Positions 13,801 through 24,900 of a stretch of DNA of 64,000 bases are shown here, one piece after another. The stretch's first letter is position 1; each line of letters begins with the position of its first letter. The notes under the pieces were generated by a model. The model saw nothing but the letters and a program-made list of their open reading frames with translations. It searched no databases and had not been told where the DNA came from. This stretch comes from Mobula birostris (Eukaryota): contig NC_092400.1 of NCBI RefSeq assembly GCF_030028105.1, positions 23,642,206-23,706,205 of the forward strand, written 5' to 3'. The translations under genes were made by a program, and so were the position numbers.

Positions 13801-16800
13801 ATAGACTCTAGTCGTTTATCCTTGTCAGTTTGTCATCTAATTGCATTTGTTACATTAATAGCCAGAAGATCTATTTTATTTAAATGGAAAGACTCTAACT
13901 CCCCCAACTACATTTCAATGGTTTTCCCAAACAATAGCATGCCTAAACTTGGAAAAAATTAGGAGTGGTACTATGGATCCTTCAGTTGAATTTGAAGAAA
14001 CTTGGTGGCCATTTATTCAATATTTTCGTATGATGTAAGCTGACCCTTTCTGAATCCTTTGTAGTAACTTTTTTGTTCATGTATAGAGGAGCGGAGTTAA
14101 GGACAAATAATAATTTTAGCCGATGTAATATGACAGCCCAAGCTTTGTTTTTTTTCTTTAGTTTAGAGGGTTTTCTTTTTTTTTCCCCTTTATAAAATAT
14201 CTTTTTCATGGTCAGTTACTTGAGATTGGGGGGCTAAACTATATTTGTTACATGGAATCTGTGCTTGTTCATGTTAACTGTTACTATTATAATCCCGATC
14301 TCTTTGTATCATCACTTTTATTTGTTATGTTTAATTTTGAAACTTAATAAAAAGATTGAAAAAGAAAGGAGTTAGAAACAAATAACATCATCCCATTTAA
14401 AATGTACTTGGATATCAACCTTTGGAGCCATGGCCTGTAAGGATAATGATACAGTACTGTTGTAATTAGGTTGGGTAGCTCTTTTCCAACTGCTTAGACA
14501 GAGTGGTTGAATGTCCTCTGTATTAAAATTTTCAAAGAATCTATTGTTAAAAATACTACAGCTTTTTTTTTGTCAAAATCCATTCCTAGCAAATAGGATT
14601 GAAAACTTTTGTTGGATATATTCTTAAAGATTTATCACATGACTTCCCAGTTCCAACCGCTGTGTCCAGTTAAGCGTCTCTTCTTTGGTTCGAATGTTTA
14701 TTCCTTTCCGTAGATGCTGCCTAACCTGCTGAGTACCTCCAGCACATTGTGTGTGTTGCTCAAGATTTCAAGCATCTGCTGAATCAGTTGTGTTTACAAT
14801 TTTGTTTTTCAGCCATTTCCTTTCAATTGAAAGGCAACACACTTGTACCTCTTCAAATTCAGAAAGTGATTTTCTCGCCACTGGGGACATTATGCACTTT
14901 GGTCAGTTGCTTTGATAAACACCATTCAATGAATAGCATTGCCCTGGGCAAATGATCCTGTCACTTTAATTCTGCATTTTACTCTAACCACTATGAACTC
15001 AGTCACCAGAAACCTAATAGAAAGAACATCAGTTACTCAGAGAGCAGTGCTAATACCTCACAGTTTCAGAGATCCAGGTTTGATCTGATCTTAGGTATTA
15101 CTTTCACCAAGTATTTTCCTTTAGGTGCTCCTGCTCCTGTTTCCTCCCACACTCCAAAGATGTGCCCTTTGATAGTTTAACTGGTTATTGTAAACTGCCC
15201 CTAGTATAGGCCCGAGGGCAGGCTGTGCTGGTGGGAACAGAAGTTAATGGGGACATAAGAGATGGATGCTGCCTGACCTGTTGGACTCCTCCAGCACATT
15301 GTGTGTGTTGCTCTGGGTTTCCAGCACCTGCAGTACCTCGTGAGCATGATTGTGCCTTTTTCTTCTTTCACTTTTGGCAATGAACGGAATTGTCTTGGCT
15401 TAAGATCAGTGAGATGGTCTTCCACTCTGAGGTGAGGCATCTTTGCCTTGCCAGATTCCCATGCTTTCCTCCATATTTTACTGTGTTGCTGTTAACTTTT
15501 AAACTTCATTTGGAGTTGGGAGTGATAAAAAAACAAAGGGGATGATGGTGCAAGGAGGAAGGCAATGGTAAAGGTATAGAAGTTGAGTTCATGATAAAGG
15601 GTCTTGTCCTGAAGCGTTAACTGTTCCCATCCACGGATGCTGCCTCACCCTCTGGGGACAATCATACCCTTGTTTCCAAGATTGATAACAAATCATTAAA
15701 GTGTTAAGTGTAGCAACTTATTCCTAAATCTAGTCTAACTCCAAAATGAATTGTAATCTTTCCATTTTTGTAATTGATGGGCAATGGAAGAACTGGAACA
15801 TACATCTTGCCGTTAATGATTTTTGTGCTCCTCCGAAAGAACAGGCACTCGTTAAGTTGGATTGGTTGGTGGGATTGCTTCAGGGGTCACCAATGCTGTT
15901 ACATACCAATACTCCAGTTTACTACCTAGATGGCTAATGATCCATTTTGGCCAATTTGCCCCAAAATTTATTAGCCATTTTCGTTTCCAAAGATCATAAT
16001 GTAAAGCATCTTAATGTATAACAACTTAATTCGATGCACCTAAACTGTGTGGCTATCCATCCAAAATTCTGTGACTGCCCAGCCAAACCTAAACATCCTT
16101 GTTTTCTACTTGACAGCAACAGCAGTGTTCTGATGAAACTATTGAACTAATAATCCAGAGCTCTAAATACACAATCCGAAGACATGAACCCCACTAACTA
16201 GGTAATTTAAATTCAGTAGAGACTTTAAATTATCTGGAGAATAATCCATAATGAAACAGAATGAAATAATTCTGAATGACGTAATCAAGAAAATGAGGTT
16301 GAGGATGTCAGAAACTGCAGATCTGACGCAAAAGAAAATCAATAATCAATGTTTCGAGTCAAATTCTTCATTGGTACATTCCATCAAGTAGATCAGGTTG
16401 TAGAAACCTAGAAAACCTACAATACAATACAGGCCCTTCGGCCCACAACGCTGTGCTGAGCATGTACTTACTTTAGAAATTACCTAGGGTTACCCATAGC
16501 CCTCTATTTTTCTAAGGTCCACGTACCTATCCCGGAGTCTCTTAAAAGACCCCGTTGTACCCACCTCCACCACCGTCACTGGCAGCCCATTCCACACACA
16601 CATCACTCTCTTGTCTTATTTGTTGTTCTTCCATGTGCATTTTTATTATTTTATTGAGCTATTTAATGCCCTCATTCATGTGGTCTTTTATTCTCACATA
16701 AAAGCTTGGTGCATCACTTGGCAGCTTTAGCCCCGAATGTAAAAAAAACTATTCTTTAATAGATTGCAAATCTATTAAAGTTTCTGTGTAATGGCTGTTG

Positions 16801-19800
16801 TGCCTCTTAACTTTCTGGTCATCTCACTCGTGTTTTGTTCATTCCCCTTCCAGTATGGAGGAATTAGCATCATGGCAAGTACAGGTCTGTCAAGATGGTA
16901 GGCAAGTCTGTTATGAGGGTATAGAGTGAATGCAAGCAGGGTTTTTCTATTGAGGTTGGGTGGAACTACAACTAGAGGTGGTTAAGAGTGACAGGTGAAA
17001 AATTTGAGGGGAACATGAGGGGAAACTTTTTCACTCGGAGGGCCATGAGAGTGTGGTACAATCTGCCCACACGAGTGGTGCCTGTGAGCTTGATTGCAAC
17101 ACTTAAGAGAAGTTTGGTTAGGTACATGGATGGCAGAGGCAGGGAGGGCCATGGTCCCAGTGCAGGTCAATGGTAGCAGGTAGTTTAAATGGTTCAGCAT
17201 AGACTAGATGGGCTGAAAGCCTACTTCTGTGCTGTATTTTTCTATTAATCTATAATCAAAGTCTTCAATAACTCATTTCAGGGAGGTAGCACCATCAATT
17301 TGCGGGAGACTCCCAGAACTTCCGGGAGAGGTGGGATGTCTGCAATAGCATAGCTCCTTAGCAGCTAGCCAGCTAGTTTAAAAAACGTTAGCTATGCTAA
17401 TGAATGAATGACACCTGTTAAACTCACCTCAATATGTCTTTTATAGTCTTAACCCACCATGGGCACTGTTGCAAATAGTGCAGTGAGAAACACTGTCATT
17501 ATTTTTGTCCCCTATTAGGCAGGGGTACACTTTAGTGTAGTCTGGGGTGACGTATGTTTTATATTTTCTTTTTTTGGAACACTCTGCCATGGTGCTCTCT
17601 CTCACGCGCTCGCTCTCTCTCTCGTGGTCGCTCTCTCGCTCTTGTTGTCTCTCTCACGCTCGCTCCCAGTCTCCCTCCGGGACATTGTATATAATTTGTG
17701 GGCATCAGGGAGCCACTATTAATATGCGGGAGACTCCCGGAACTTCCGGGAGAGGTGGGATGTCTGGGTAGAGGGAGCTCGTCAGCCTGGGAAGGCAATC
17801 CATCTAAGAGAGGAAAAACTCTTGATTTCAAACCTCCACTGCCTTACCCACTCATGGGAAAGGCTTCGGGAGTAAACTCGGAGGACAACTCCAGAGTTGG
17901 AGTCCCTTTCAACCTCGTTCTGGCAACTCCTGCGACGACACTGGTGCCAAGCTGTATCGGCCCTTGCCCTTCCCTTGGACAACATTGGTATCGTGGAGAG
18001 TGGAGACTTGCTGCATGGGCAACTGCCGGTCTTCCATACAACCTTGCCCAGGCCTGCGCGCTGGAGAGACTGAAGCAAGATTTTCCAGGCGCAGATCCAT
18101 AGTCCCGTGAGATTAACGGATGCCACCACCAAACTAAACATAAAAGATTCTGCAAAAGCTGCAATTCTTGTGCAAGGGGAGGGGATGAACATTCTTTTCT
18201 CTAACTTCCTCCAACCCCTTTTCAATTTCCCATTCCGGTTCTCCTCTTAACCCTTTTCTGCCCATCACCCAGCCATCGCCTCCCTTTGGTGCCCCTCTTC
18301 TTTCCCTTTCTTCCATGCTCCACTTTCCTCTCCCTCTTCTTCAGCCCTTTACCTCTTATTTCACCCATCTTCCCCCTCACTTAGCTTCACCTATCACCTG
18401 TTAGCTTGCACTCCTTCCCCTCCCCCCTCTTATTCTGGCTTCTGCCCCCTTCATTTCCATTCCTGATGAAGGGTCTGGGCTGAAACATCGGCCATTTACT
18501 CCCCTCCATAGATGCTGCCTGATTTGCTGAGTTCCTCCAGCATTTTATGTGTGGCATATAGAAAGTGTCCTTACATACTGAAGACTTACAGCCTTTTTAA
18601 CTGAGACAGTAATTCTAAAGCTGGTGATAAAACTACAAAAGATCCAGGGCTATAAGATCATAAATGGGGCACAATGCAAGGAGTTGCTTTTGAATGTCTG
18701 TCCTCTCACATAATGGAATCATTACAGTTGTCCATAGTTAAAATCAAAGGTTCACAATTGTTACCCTGGCAACCCATTGCTTAAAAAACTGCAGTAAAAT
18801 GTTATCAATTGATCCACCAGTAAAGATACAAATAATTCTAATGCTATTTGCAATATGCACTTGGTAAATGTTAAGAGAATTGTTCTTCTTGTGTAAGTAA
18901 ATATTCAGGTTTGTAATTCTCTTCCTTCACAACCTTGACTGCACTAATCCCCTAATCATCTTTGTCACTGCACTGGCCATCTCAACACTTATTAGTGGAA
19001 TTGCTTCATTTAAGCTCATAATCTTGCTGGTTCTTGCTCCACAGTTTAAAACCTATTTATATAATGATCCATGTGTCTCTTTCTCCCCTAATCCTGCCAT
19101 AAGCAGTGTTGAGGCACCTTGGTTGAGAACACTGTGGGTTCCAACTCCCTCATTAAACACACTCACTACTCACGTGAATGCACAATCTACAATTACTTGC
19201 TCTTTGGTTTATTGGAGACCTTTAGGATACTGATCTGGCAAAGCCCCGTTAGAAAAATTTCACTTCACATATGTTACCAACTGGATAAGCATCCCTCCCT
19301 TCTTCATAGTTTCACCCTGTGGTAGCTTACTCCAATGATCATCCTTGTCTGACACACTGTCTTTCCTAATTTTCTTCCTTTCAGGTGCAAGGTCCAGAAA
19401 TCCCTCTCTAAATCCTTCCATTTCCCTTTCCTCTAACTTCTGGTATCAAATCCTGCCCAATAACACTTCTACAAAGCATAGAGTTGGTGTAGGGATGAGG
19501 AGAACTTATACAAACTTTTTAAATTTTCTTATATGATTTATGTTTTTTGTGATGTTGCGTATAAGATGCTATGTGCTTGTAATGCTATTGCAAGTAATTT
19601 TTTTCATTGCATCTGTACACATGACAAGAAACTGAATCCATTCATGTAAAAGCCACTATGTCAATTGGTTTTCTACAGCAAAACACCTTTCTAAACATGT
19701 GAGCAAAACAGAATCAAACTAGCAAGAAAATTATGAAAGAGGGCCTGAATCTTATTTTTTTTTCCTCTGGAAAGTACAAAAATAGCAAAAAGAAGTTTTT

Positions 19801-21260
19801 TTTTTAAAAGAGAGCTAGGGCAGCTGAGCAGAAACCTTTGTCATTAATGATAGTTCCAGGTGTGCAGGAGGAACTGTACAGGGTGATTAATATAGGTTTT
19901 AGATTCATTGTCCCCTTCAAATTCAAAATAATAGGATGCTCAGAAACACATCTGAAAATAGCAAGGTTGAAAATTCACTTTTGTGCTGAGAAAGTCCTCC
20001 GTTGTTTGACGTTAACTTGATTTTAACAAAAGTGAGCTTATTGCATAAACAAGGAAATTTGACTGGCCAAAGCCATTTCAAAAACACTTCTGATAGGCAT
20101 TGAAAATCAAAGGTGGGCTGGAAATTTGAAATAAAAACAGAACTCAGCAGGTTGGACAGCATTTTTGAATAAAGAAAATTATTTAATATCTTAGGTCAAT
20201 GGCCTTCTATCAGAATAATGACTTGAAGTACTGCCCTCTCACTTCATAGATGCTGCCTGATTTGCTGAGTATTTTCAGTATTTTGTTTTTACTTTTAAAA
20301 TGCAGGTTATGTGGTTAAATAAATTAACACCCATTGGACTTCTTTATGCCTAAATGTATTGCTATAATTGTCAATATAATGAAAGAACTGGAGTTGAACT
20401 GTCCCAATCTTCAGTTTTTCATGTAGTATATAAGCAAACATATTGGTTACCCATTTTCTGAATATTTTGTTATGGCTAAGGAATAAACTTTTGCAGCTCT
20501 ACTTTGGAAAATATCTCACTTTTCTACACTACATACTTCATCCATAAGTATAGACCTCCTACAACGTAGTAACCACTCAGTATATAGCACATAGCTAGTT
20601 TTCAGTGGACTACAAGCACATACAAGCTGCCATTCAAACTACTACTTAATTTGATGGTTAAAAAAAAAAGTGCAAAGTTCTTCAGGTCACCTCGTGAGTT
20701 CTGGGACGCAAGATTCAACTGGGATTTTGTTTACTTTGGAGAAAGCAACCCTCTTTCTACTGTTAAAAACAAACTGTGTCTGCCTTAAACAACAACGCAC
20801 ATCAGAAAATTAAAAGGCTAAAGATAAAAAGGCCTCGGCAGGTGTTGTGGTTTTACATTTCCAGACATCGGATCCATTAGAAATGCATTCATTAGACTAC
20901 TTTGTAATTTGCTTTTAAATCCCGCCCCAGTTTTTAATACAGGTGGGAGAAGTACTGAATGAGTTTAATGTTTGTAAGGTAAAAAGCATCTTTTAATTCC
21001 AAGATGCTGCCTCTGTCGCTGTCCTGCGAATCTGAACTGAACTCGGAGAGAAATATCCCCGTTTTAACTCTCAAGCGGCTGAGGCCTAGCTACTTACCCT
21101 GGCACCGGCTGAGCACCGGGCCGGCACTCAAAGAAAAGGCCTCCTCAGCCCCGGTGAGCCAAGACAACACGATGAGGGAGATGAAGGCCGCGTTTGCGAC
21201 CAGCAGCCTGGCCGCTCCATACCTCAGCCGCCAGCGGCCACCCCGTCCCAACAGCGGCAT
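2921..21260 (-). CDS. RHBDD3: Rhomboid domain-containing protein 3, 5' part; coding exons 21260-21098, 6103-5708, 3077-2921; remainder beyond the left window edge
   Basis: The spliced frame is consistent (phases 1,1,2): MPLLGRGG...LSWLTGAEEAFSLSAGPVLSRCQ/VHRLLSYCFCH...EEQLGT...HICGVIVGLL/YSYRFLFWLELP. It is a multi-TM rhomboid-like protein, head-to-head with EWSR1 as in other vertebrates. Confidence 0.88.
3121..3393 (+). mobile_element. tRNA-derived SINE
   Basis: A/B-box-like head, body tttcctcccacagtccaaagacgtaccggttag, A-rich tail. Confidence 0.7.
3800..4567 (+). mobile_element. Rex1/Babar-type LINE 3' fragment (decayed)
   Basis: RT C-terminal remnants (LNV..TKEMIVD, KFLGVHI); AATAAA followed by a (cttga)n tail. 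Confidence 0.7.
5431..5583. mobile_element. Tc1/mariner (Tigger/pogo-like) MITE, 153 bp
   Basis: TIRs CAGGTCGACCTTCACTAATCCG / CGGATTAGTGAAGGTCAACCCG with TA on both flanks. Confidence 0.85.
5708..6103 (-). CDS. RHBDD3: RHBDD3 coding exon 2 (396 nt), rhomboid-like TM core
   Basis: Acceptor ttttattcctgcag; ORF 5652..6104 reads VHRLLSY...LEEQLGT...; donor GTATCCTTTC (U12 type). Confidence 0.9.
6870..10017 (+). mobile_element. Decayed CR1 LINE (ORF1 end, AP endonuclease, RT, 3' tail)
   Basis: Frameshifted remnants LKVLYLNA, LGITESWL, EPLGGSDH, VPEDWKIANVTPLFKKG, KFVDNTKIGG, LERVQRRF; CR1-type 3' end. Confidence 0.9.
7814..7863. repeat. (GA)n microsatellite within CR1
   Basis: About 20 perfect GA units plus a degenerate tail. 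Confidence 0.95.
10228..10705 (-). mobile_element. CR1 3' fragment, inverted relative to the adjacent copy
   Basis: ORF 10367..10690 MKGLMYEEQLMALGLYSLELRRMRG. Confidence 0.88.
11430..11670 (-). mobile_element. tRNA-derived SINE
   Basis: Reverse complement of the SINE body (tttggactgtgggaggaaac). Confidence 0.7.
11685..12690 (+). mobile_element. RTE/BovB-related non-autonomous repeat split by a CR1 3' fragment (CR1 about 11955-12570)
   Basis: CR1 peptide ERMLPMVGVSRTRGHSFRIEG in the middle; the flanks read as two halves of one repeat (family assignment from recall). Confidence 0.55.
13631..14368 (+). mobile_element. L1/Tx1-type LINE 3' fragment inserted in an older CR1 remnant (about 13150-14540)
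   Basis: ORF2 C-terminal Cys/His region LTHMSWSCPLLGKYWKDIF...ILFKWK; AATAAA and A-rich tail at 14346-14368. Confidence 0.8.
16402..16610 (-). mobile_element. CR1 3' end
   Basis: Reverse-complement match to about 63030-63235. Confidence 0.8.
16915..17252 (+). mobile_element. CR1 3' end
   Basis: Peptide GEKFEGNMRGNFFTRRAMRVWYNLP; CR1-type tail. Confidence 0.8.
17279..17766. mobile_element. Non-autonomous DNA-transposon-like element with a directly duplicated 42-bp terminus
   Basis: tgcgggagactccc(a/g)gaacttccgggagaggtgggatgtctg at 17301-17342 and 17725-17766. Confidence 0.55.
17767..18132 (+). mobile_element. Short non-LTR element (RTE/Vingi-like; family uncertain)
   Basis: Its 3' ~190 bp is the reverse complement of the SINE tail at 55734-55917; ends in (cac)n. 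Confidence 0.6.
18190..18555 (+). mobile_element. Penelope-like element terminal fragment
   Basis: Pyrimidine-rich tract, ctgatga...gaaac motif and gatgctgcctg...gagttcctccagca tail shared with 53528-54158. Confidence 0.75.
21098..21260 (-). CDS. RHBDD3: RHBDD3 first coding exon (163 nt)
   Basis: gagATG start with an in-frame TGA upstream (21290-21288); hydrophobic TM segment; donor CAGG|GTAAGT; phase 1 matches the next exon. Confidence 0.8.
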
Positions 21261-21947
21261 CTCCAGAGTGAGGCCCCAGCGTCCGTTTCACCGAGAGCTG
21301 CCCCGGGTCCGACAGCAACCCAAGAGCGGGCGGCTACTGCGGGGAAGCATCAGTGTAACCCGCCCGGTGATGGCGGACCGTTTAAAAACACATGGTTGCT
21401 AACACTACTCGTTGGGGAGGTGTGTGGGGTGGAAGAATGTGAGAAAGGGAGTCTTTTATTGTAGGTTTATTTCAAGCCAGCGCACAGAGGAGGAAATGTC
21501 CGCGCCAAGTCGCCAACTTTCAGAGGACGAAATGGCCGCGCGTTGCTATCGGTAGCCGGAACCATAAACACGGCCCCGGCTTCCCTCCATTGTTCCCTCC
21601 GAACGTGTTACTACGTGACGTAAGACGCACAGCCTCGTCACTGCCTGACGTCATCCTTAAATAGCGACGTGGAGCCTAACGTGAGCATTATCGTAAACCT
21701 CGCCCGCGAATCGGCAGGCGGGGGGGTTTCAACGGTTGTTCCTATATAGTGTAGTTTTACCCGCTGGAGCGTTTTTCACGTTCGAGGCACTCGGGATCGC
21801 GGTGGCCTGAGGAGAAGGATTTTTTTTCGTTGTGTGTGACTGTTACCGTCGGGCTGTTCCGGGGCGAGTTGCGCAAGGCGCCAAATCGGTGGTCGAGTCC
21901 GTCGAGTGTCCGCGCAGGCGCGTTGCGGCAGTCAGAGGTCGGAGAAG
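21261..21947. promoter_or_regulatory. Bidirectional CpG-island promoter shared by RHBDD3 and EWSR1 (island about 21050-22420)
   Basis: CpG-rich; divergent ATGs 687 bp apart; CRE TGACGTCA 21646-21653 and TGACGTAA 21616-21623; YY1-like AAATGGCCG about 21530 and AAGATGGCG over the EWSR1 ATG; TATA-like CCTATATAG 21741-21749. Confidence 0.8.
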
Positions 21948-21960
21948 ATGGCGTCGACGG
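21948..21960 (+). CDS. EWSR1: EWSR1 exon 1, coding part (MAST)
   Basis: aagATGGCGTCGACGG|gtaaga. Confidence 0.93.
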
Positions 21961-24900
21961 GTAAGAGCGAGTCTCCCAACTGTTGGGCTCGGATTCAAAC
22001 GCGCGGCCACCATCCGCCGTCCCGGTCGGCGGCGGGCGGGCCCTCGGACCGCACCCGCGCTCGCCCGCTGGTTTTTTCGCCGAGCTTTGAATTGGATTTA
22101 GCGGCGACTGTGGAGGTTTTATTGTGTGTGTGTGTGTCGAGGGCCGCGGTTTTATGCTCGGGCCAGGCCCCATCGCGTGTTGCAGGAGGAGGAGGAGGAG
22201 AAACGGGCGGGCGGCCGTTGGGGCTCCCCTCCCCTCCCCCCACCCCGCCGTCGTCAAGGCACAACCACCAACTCTCCCTCCACTGGCCGGCCCGCCCGTG
22301 CGAACTGCGCCACAAAGCCTTCGGGCCCGGCTGCTCTCACACACGAGCCGCCATCTCACTTCCCCAGCGGCCGGCTCCTTGCCCTTGGCTGCGCCGTCGC
22401 CCACTTTGCAGACGAAGGGGAAGTGTTTTTTTTTATGTGTTATCTATCCGTCTTGAGGCCTGGTCTGGATGGGGGGTGGGGGTGGAGGAATCAGATTGGC
22501 CAACGACCGGATTTCAATAATTAAAAAATATCAGTTCGTAACTACGGTCAAAATAGTTTCCTTGGAAATATTTTAAGATTGAAACTGTGTTCTGTAGATT
22601 CTCATTTTAAATGATGGCGGTGTAGATTTTCAGTTTTTTAAAGTGCCCCATTTTGAGAATGCGCGTACAGTTCAAGAAGTTGAGTTGTGTTTTATTTCGG
22701 CCTTTATTTTAAAGAAAGTAGTGGTTCCGTACGCGACAGCGGTTTGCCAAACTGGAGCCGTTCATTGGTCAGAATTTAATTTTTCTTCGTAGAAAGGCGC
22801 GATATGACAATAGTTTGAAAGGCAGCTAGATTACTGACATGCTTATCTTTTGCATTTTGTTAGTTTTTTTTTGTTTTGGGGATGGTGCTTTAGACGTCCT
22901 GAATTTGTTAAATGTTATTGAGGATCATGTTATTAAAGAAGCGTACCAAGTGTGTTTTCGTTCTTCCGTTGAAGTTATCCGGTGAAATTTTAGCACTGGG
23001 TTCCTAACATCTCGTAATAAGCTAATTTCTAAGATAATATTAACTGCGCTTTTTAAAAAAATAATTAGATTTCCTTTTCCTTAAAATATCCACACATGAT
23101 TCCTTTAATCTGAAACTTGAGTTTTCCCTATATGCAATTTCTCCATCATTGTGGAACCTTATTTTTAAAACCTCAGAGCCCATCACATATGATCAGTATA
23201 AAACTTGTCAATCTAATATTGTCTGAAATGTGTGAAAAGTGTAGCATGTGTTATTTCTTTGGACAGGCACTTCAAGAGTTCTCCACCATTGTGGAGGCTT
23301 AATCGTTTTTTATAATCTCAGAGCCCAACAGAGCTGATCAGTATAAATTTGGTCAATATAGTGTCTCAAATGCTATTGTGCGAAAGGTATAAACAGAAGT
23401 TTTATTGTGAGAAAGTTTAATTTTATATTATGCTCATAACAGAATGGTCTGGAGACAGAAGCTGTCACTTTGCTAAAATTCTGACCTAATGTAGCTTGAC
23501 CTCTTGTCATATGCCTCTATTTTTATTAGATTAAGATTAGGGTTTTTTACTTTTTCACACACCTCTTCTTGCGGTGTTGTTAATGATTGGCAGTTCAGAT
23601 TTCAGTATTGACACTTGGAGTGACTTTTTGTTAATATAAATGGTGTGAAAGGTGACACTAAACACAAGTCCCCTACTTGACTGAAATTGAGTGACAGATT
23701 AGTCGGAAGGAGGTAACAACCACTATATTTTAAAGTAATTGCTTGCCCTAGATGTGGACATTTTGAGAATATCTCATATAGTAAGCAAACCAGTTGACCT
23801 TACTGTCTTGATCTGGTGAGAAAGTTGGTCTTTATGGAAAGAAATAGCAAAATTTTGAAAGACTTGGCATTGTCTTTGGAAAGAGAAATGTTCAGATTTT
23901 TGGGTCTTTACTATTCATTAGATCCAAAAACCTTGCTGGATTAAAATTTTTATTTCCTCCCCCAAGCAAAGCTTTTAAAAAAATTAAACTGAATGAAGAT
24001 TTCGCTGTCTGAATCACTCGAAACAACATATTCACTAGAAATGGAGAAGATACTGATTTATGTGTTTGTTTACTTTTGTATGTCTTAACCTTTTCCTTCA
24101 GTGTGGGAGGAAACGCTAAGAAGTGCACACATAGCATTTACAATACGTTTATTTCTGAAACAATTGATTTAGGGCTTCAGTTATCACATACATTGCAACA
24201 TCAATGATGTACTTTTGCTGACCTTTTTCTCTTGCAACATTCAAATGCCTACAATTGTGAACACATGTTAAAACTGATAAAGTGAAACCATTTTCTTAAA
24301 TATGAACAGTTCTAAAGTACTCATTTGTTTGAAGGTGGAAGTGTTCCATCTTTTTTGCCACATTTTATAAATAAGGAATTAAGCTTGATTGAATTGCATG
24401 TTTACTTTCATTGATATTGTTCACCATAGCTACAGAAAATTACCAAGTAATTTTGGGAATAAACTGATAAACCAAGCTTCCAGATGCAGGCCTTGATTAT
24501 GGGTTGTGATGCTATCCCATTTTCCACAGTAGTGAATTTTTTTTTAGGAAAGCTGTAGCTTTTTCAATTGTCATACTTTGTCTAAATATGTAGTTTCTGT
24601 TGCGCATGGTTGCTCCAATCTTGTGTGGGGTGGGGGAATTGCACATGCTACAAACTTTCTCCACAAATGCTGCCTAACTTGCATTCCTAACATTTTCTTT
24701 TATTTTAACCTGATCTTTAATGGCAATTGCATTTGATGAATCTCATCCCCTTATATCAGAACGATGCAAGAGTGTAATCACTGTCCAGAAACCAACCTCA
24801 GACTTTTCCAGAATAGTTGCCTCACTTATAATAACGTTTAGGGATTTTTAACCTCTATGAAAATAAACTATATACAAAATGCTTGTTCTTTTTTGCATTT

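Noticed and set aside
21757-22524. Several 100-215 aa ORFs on both strands
   Set aside because: Expected from stop-poor CpG-island sequence; only the 13-nt EWSR1 exon 1 segment is supported
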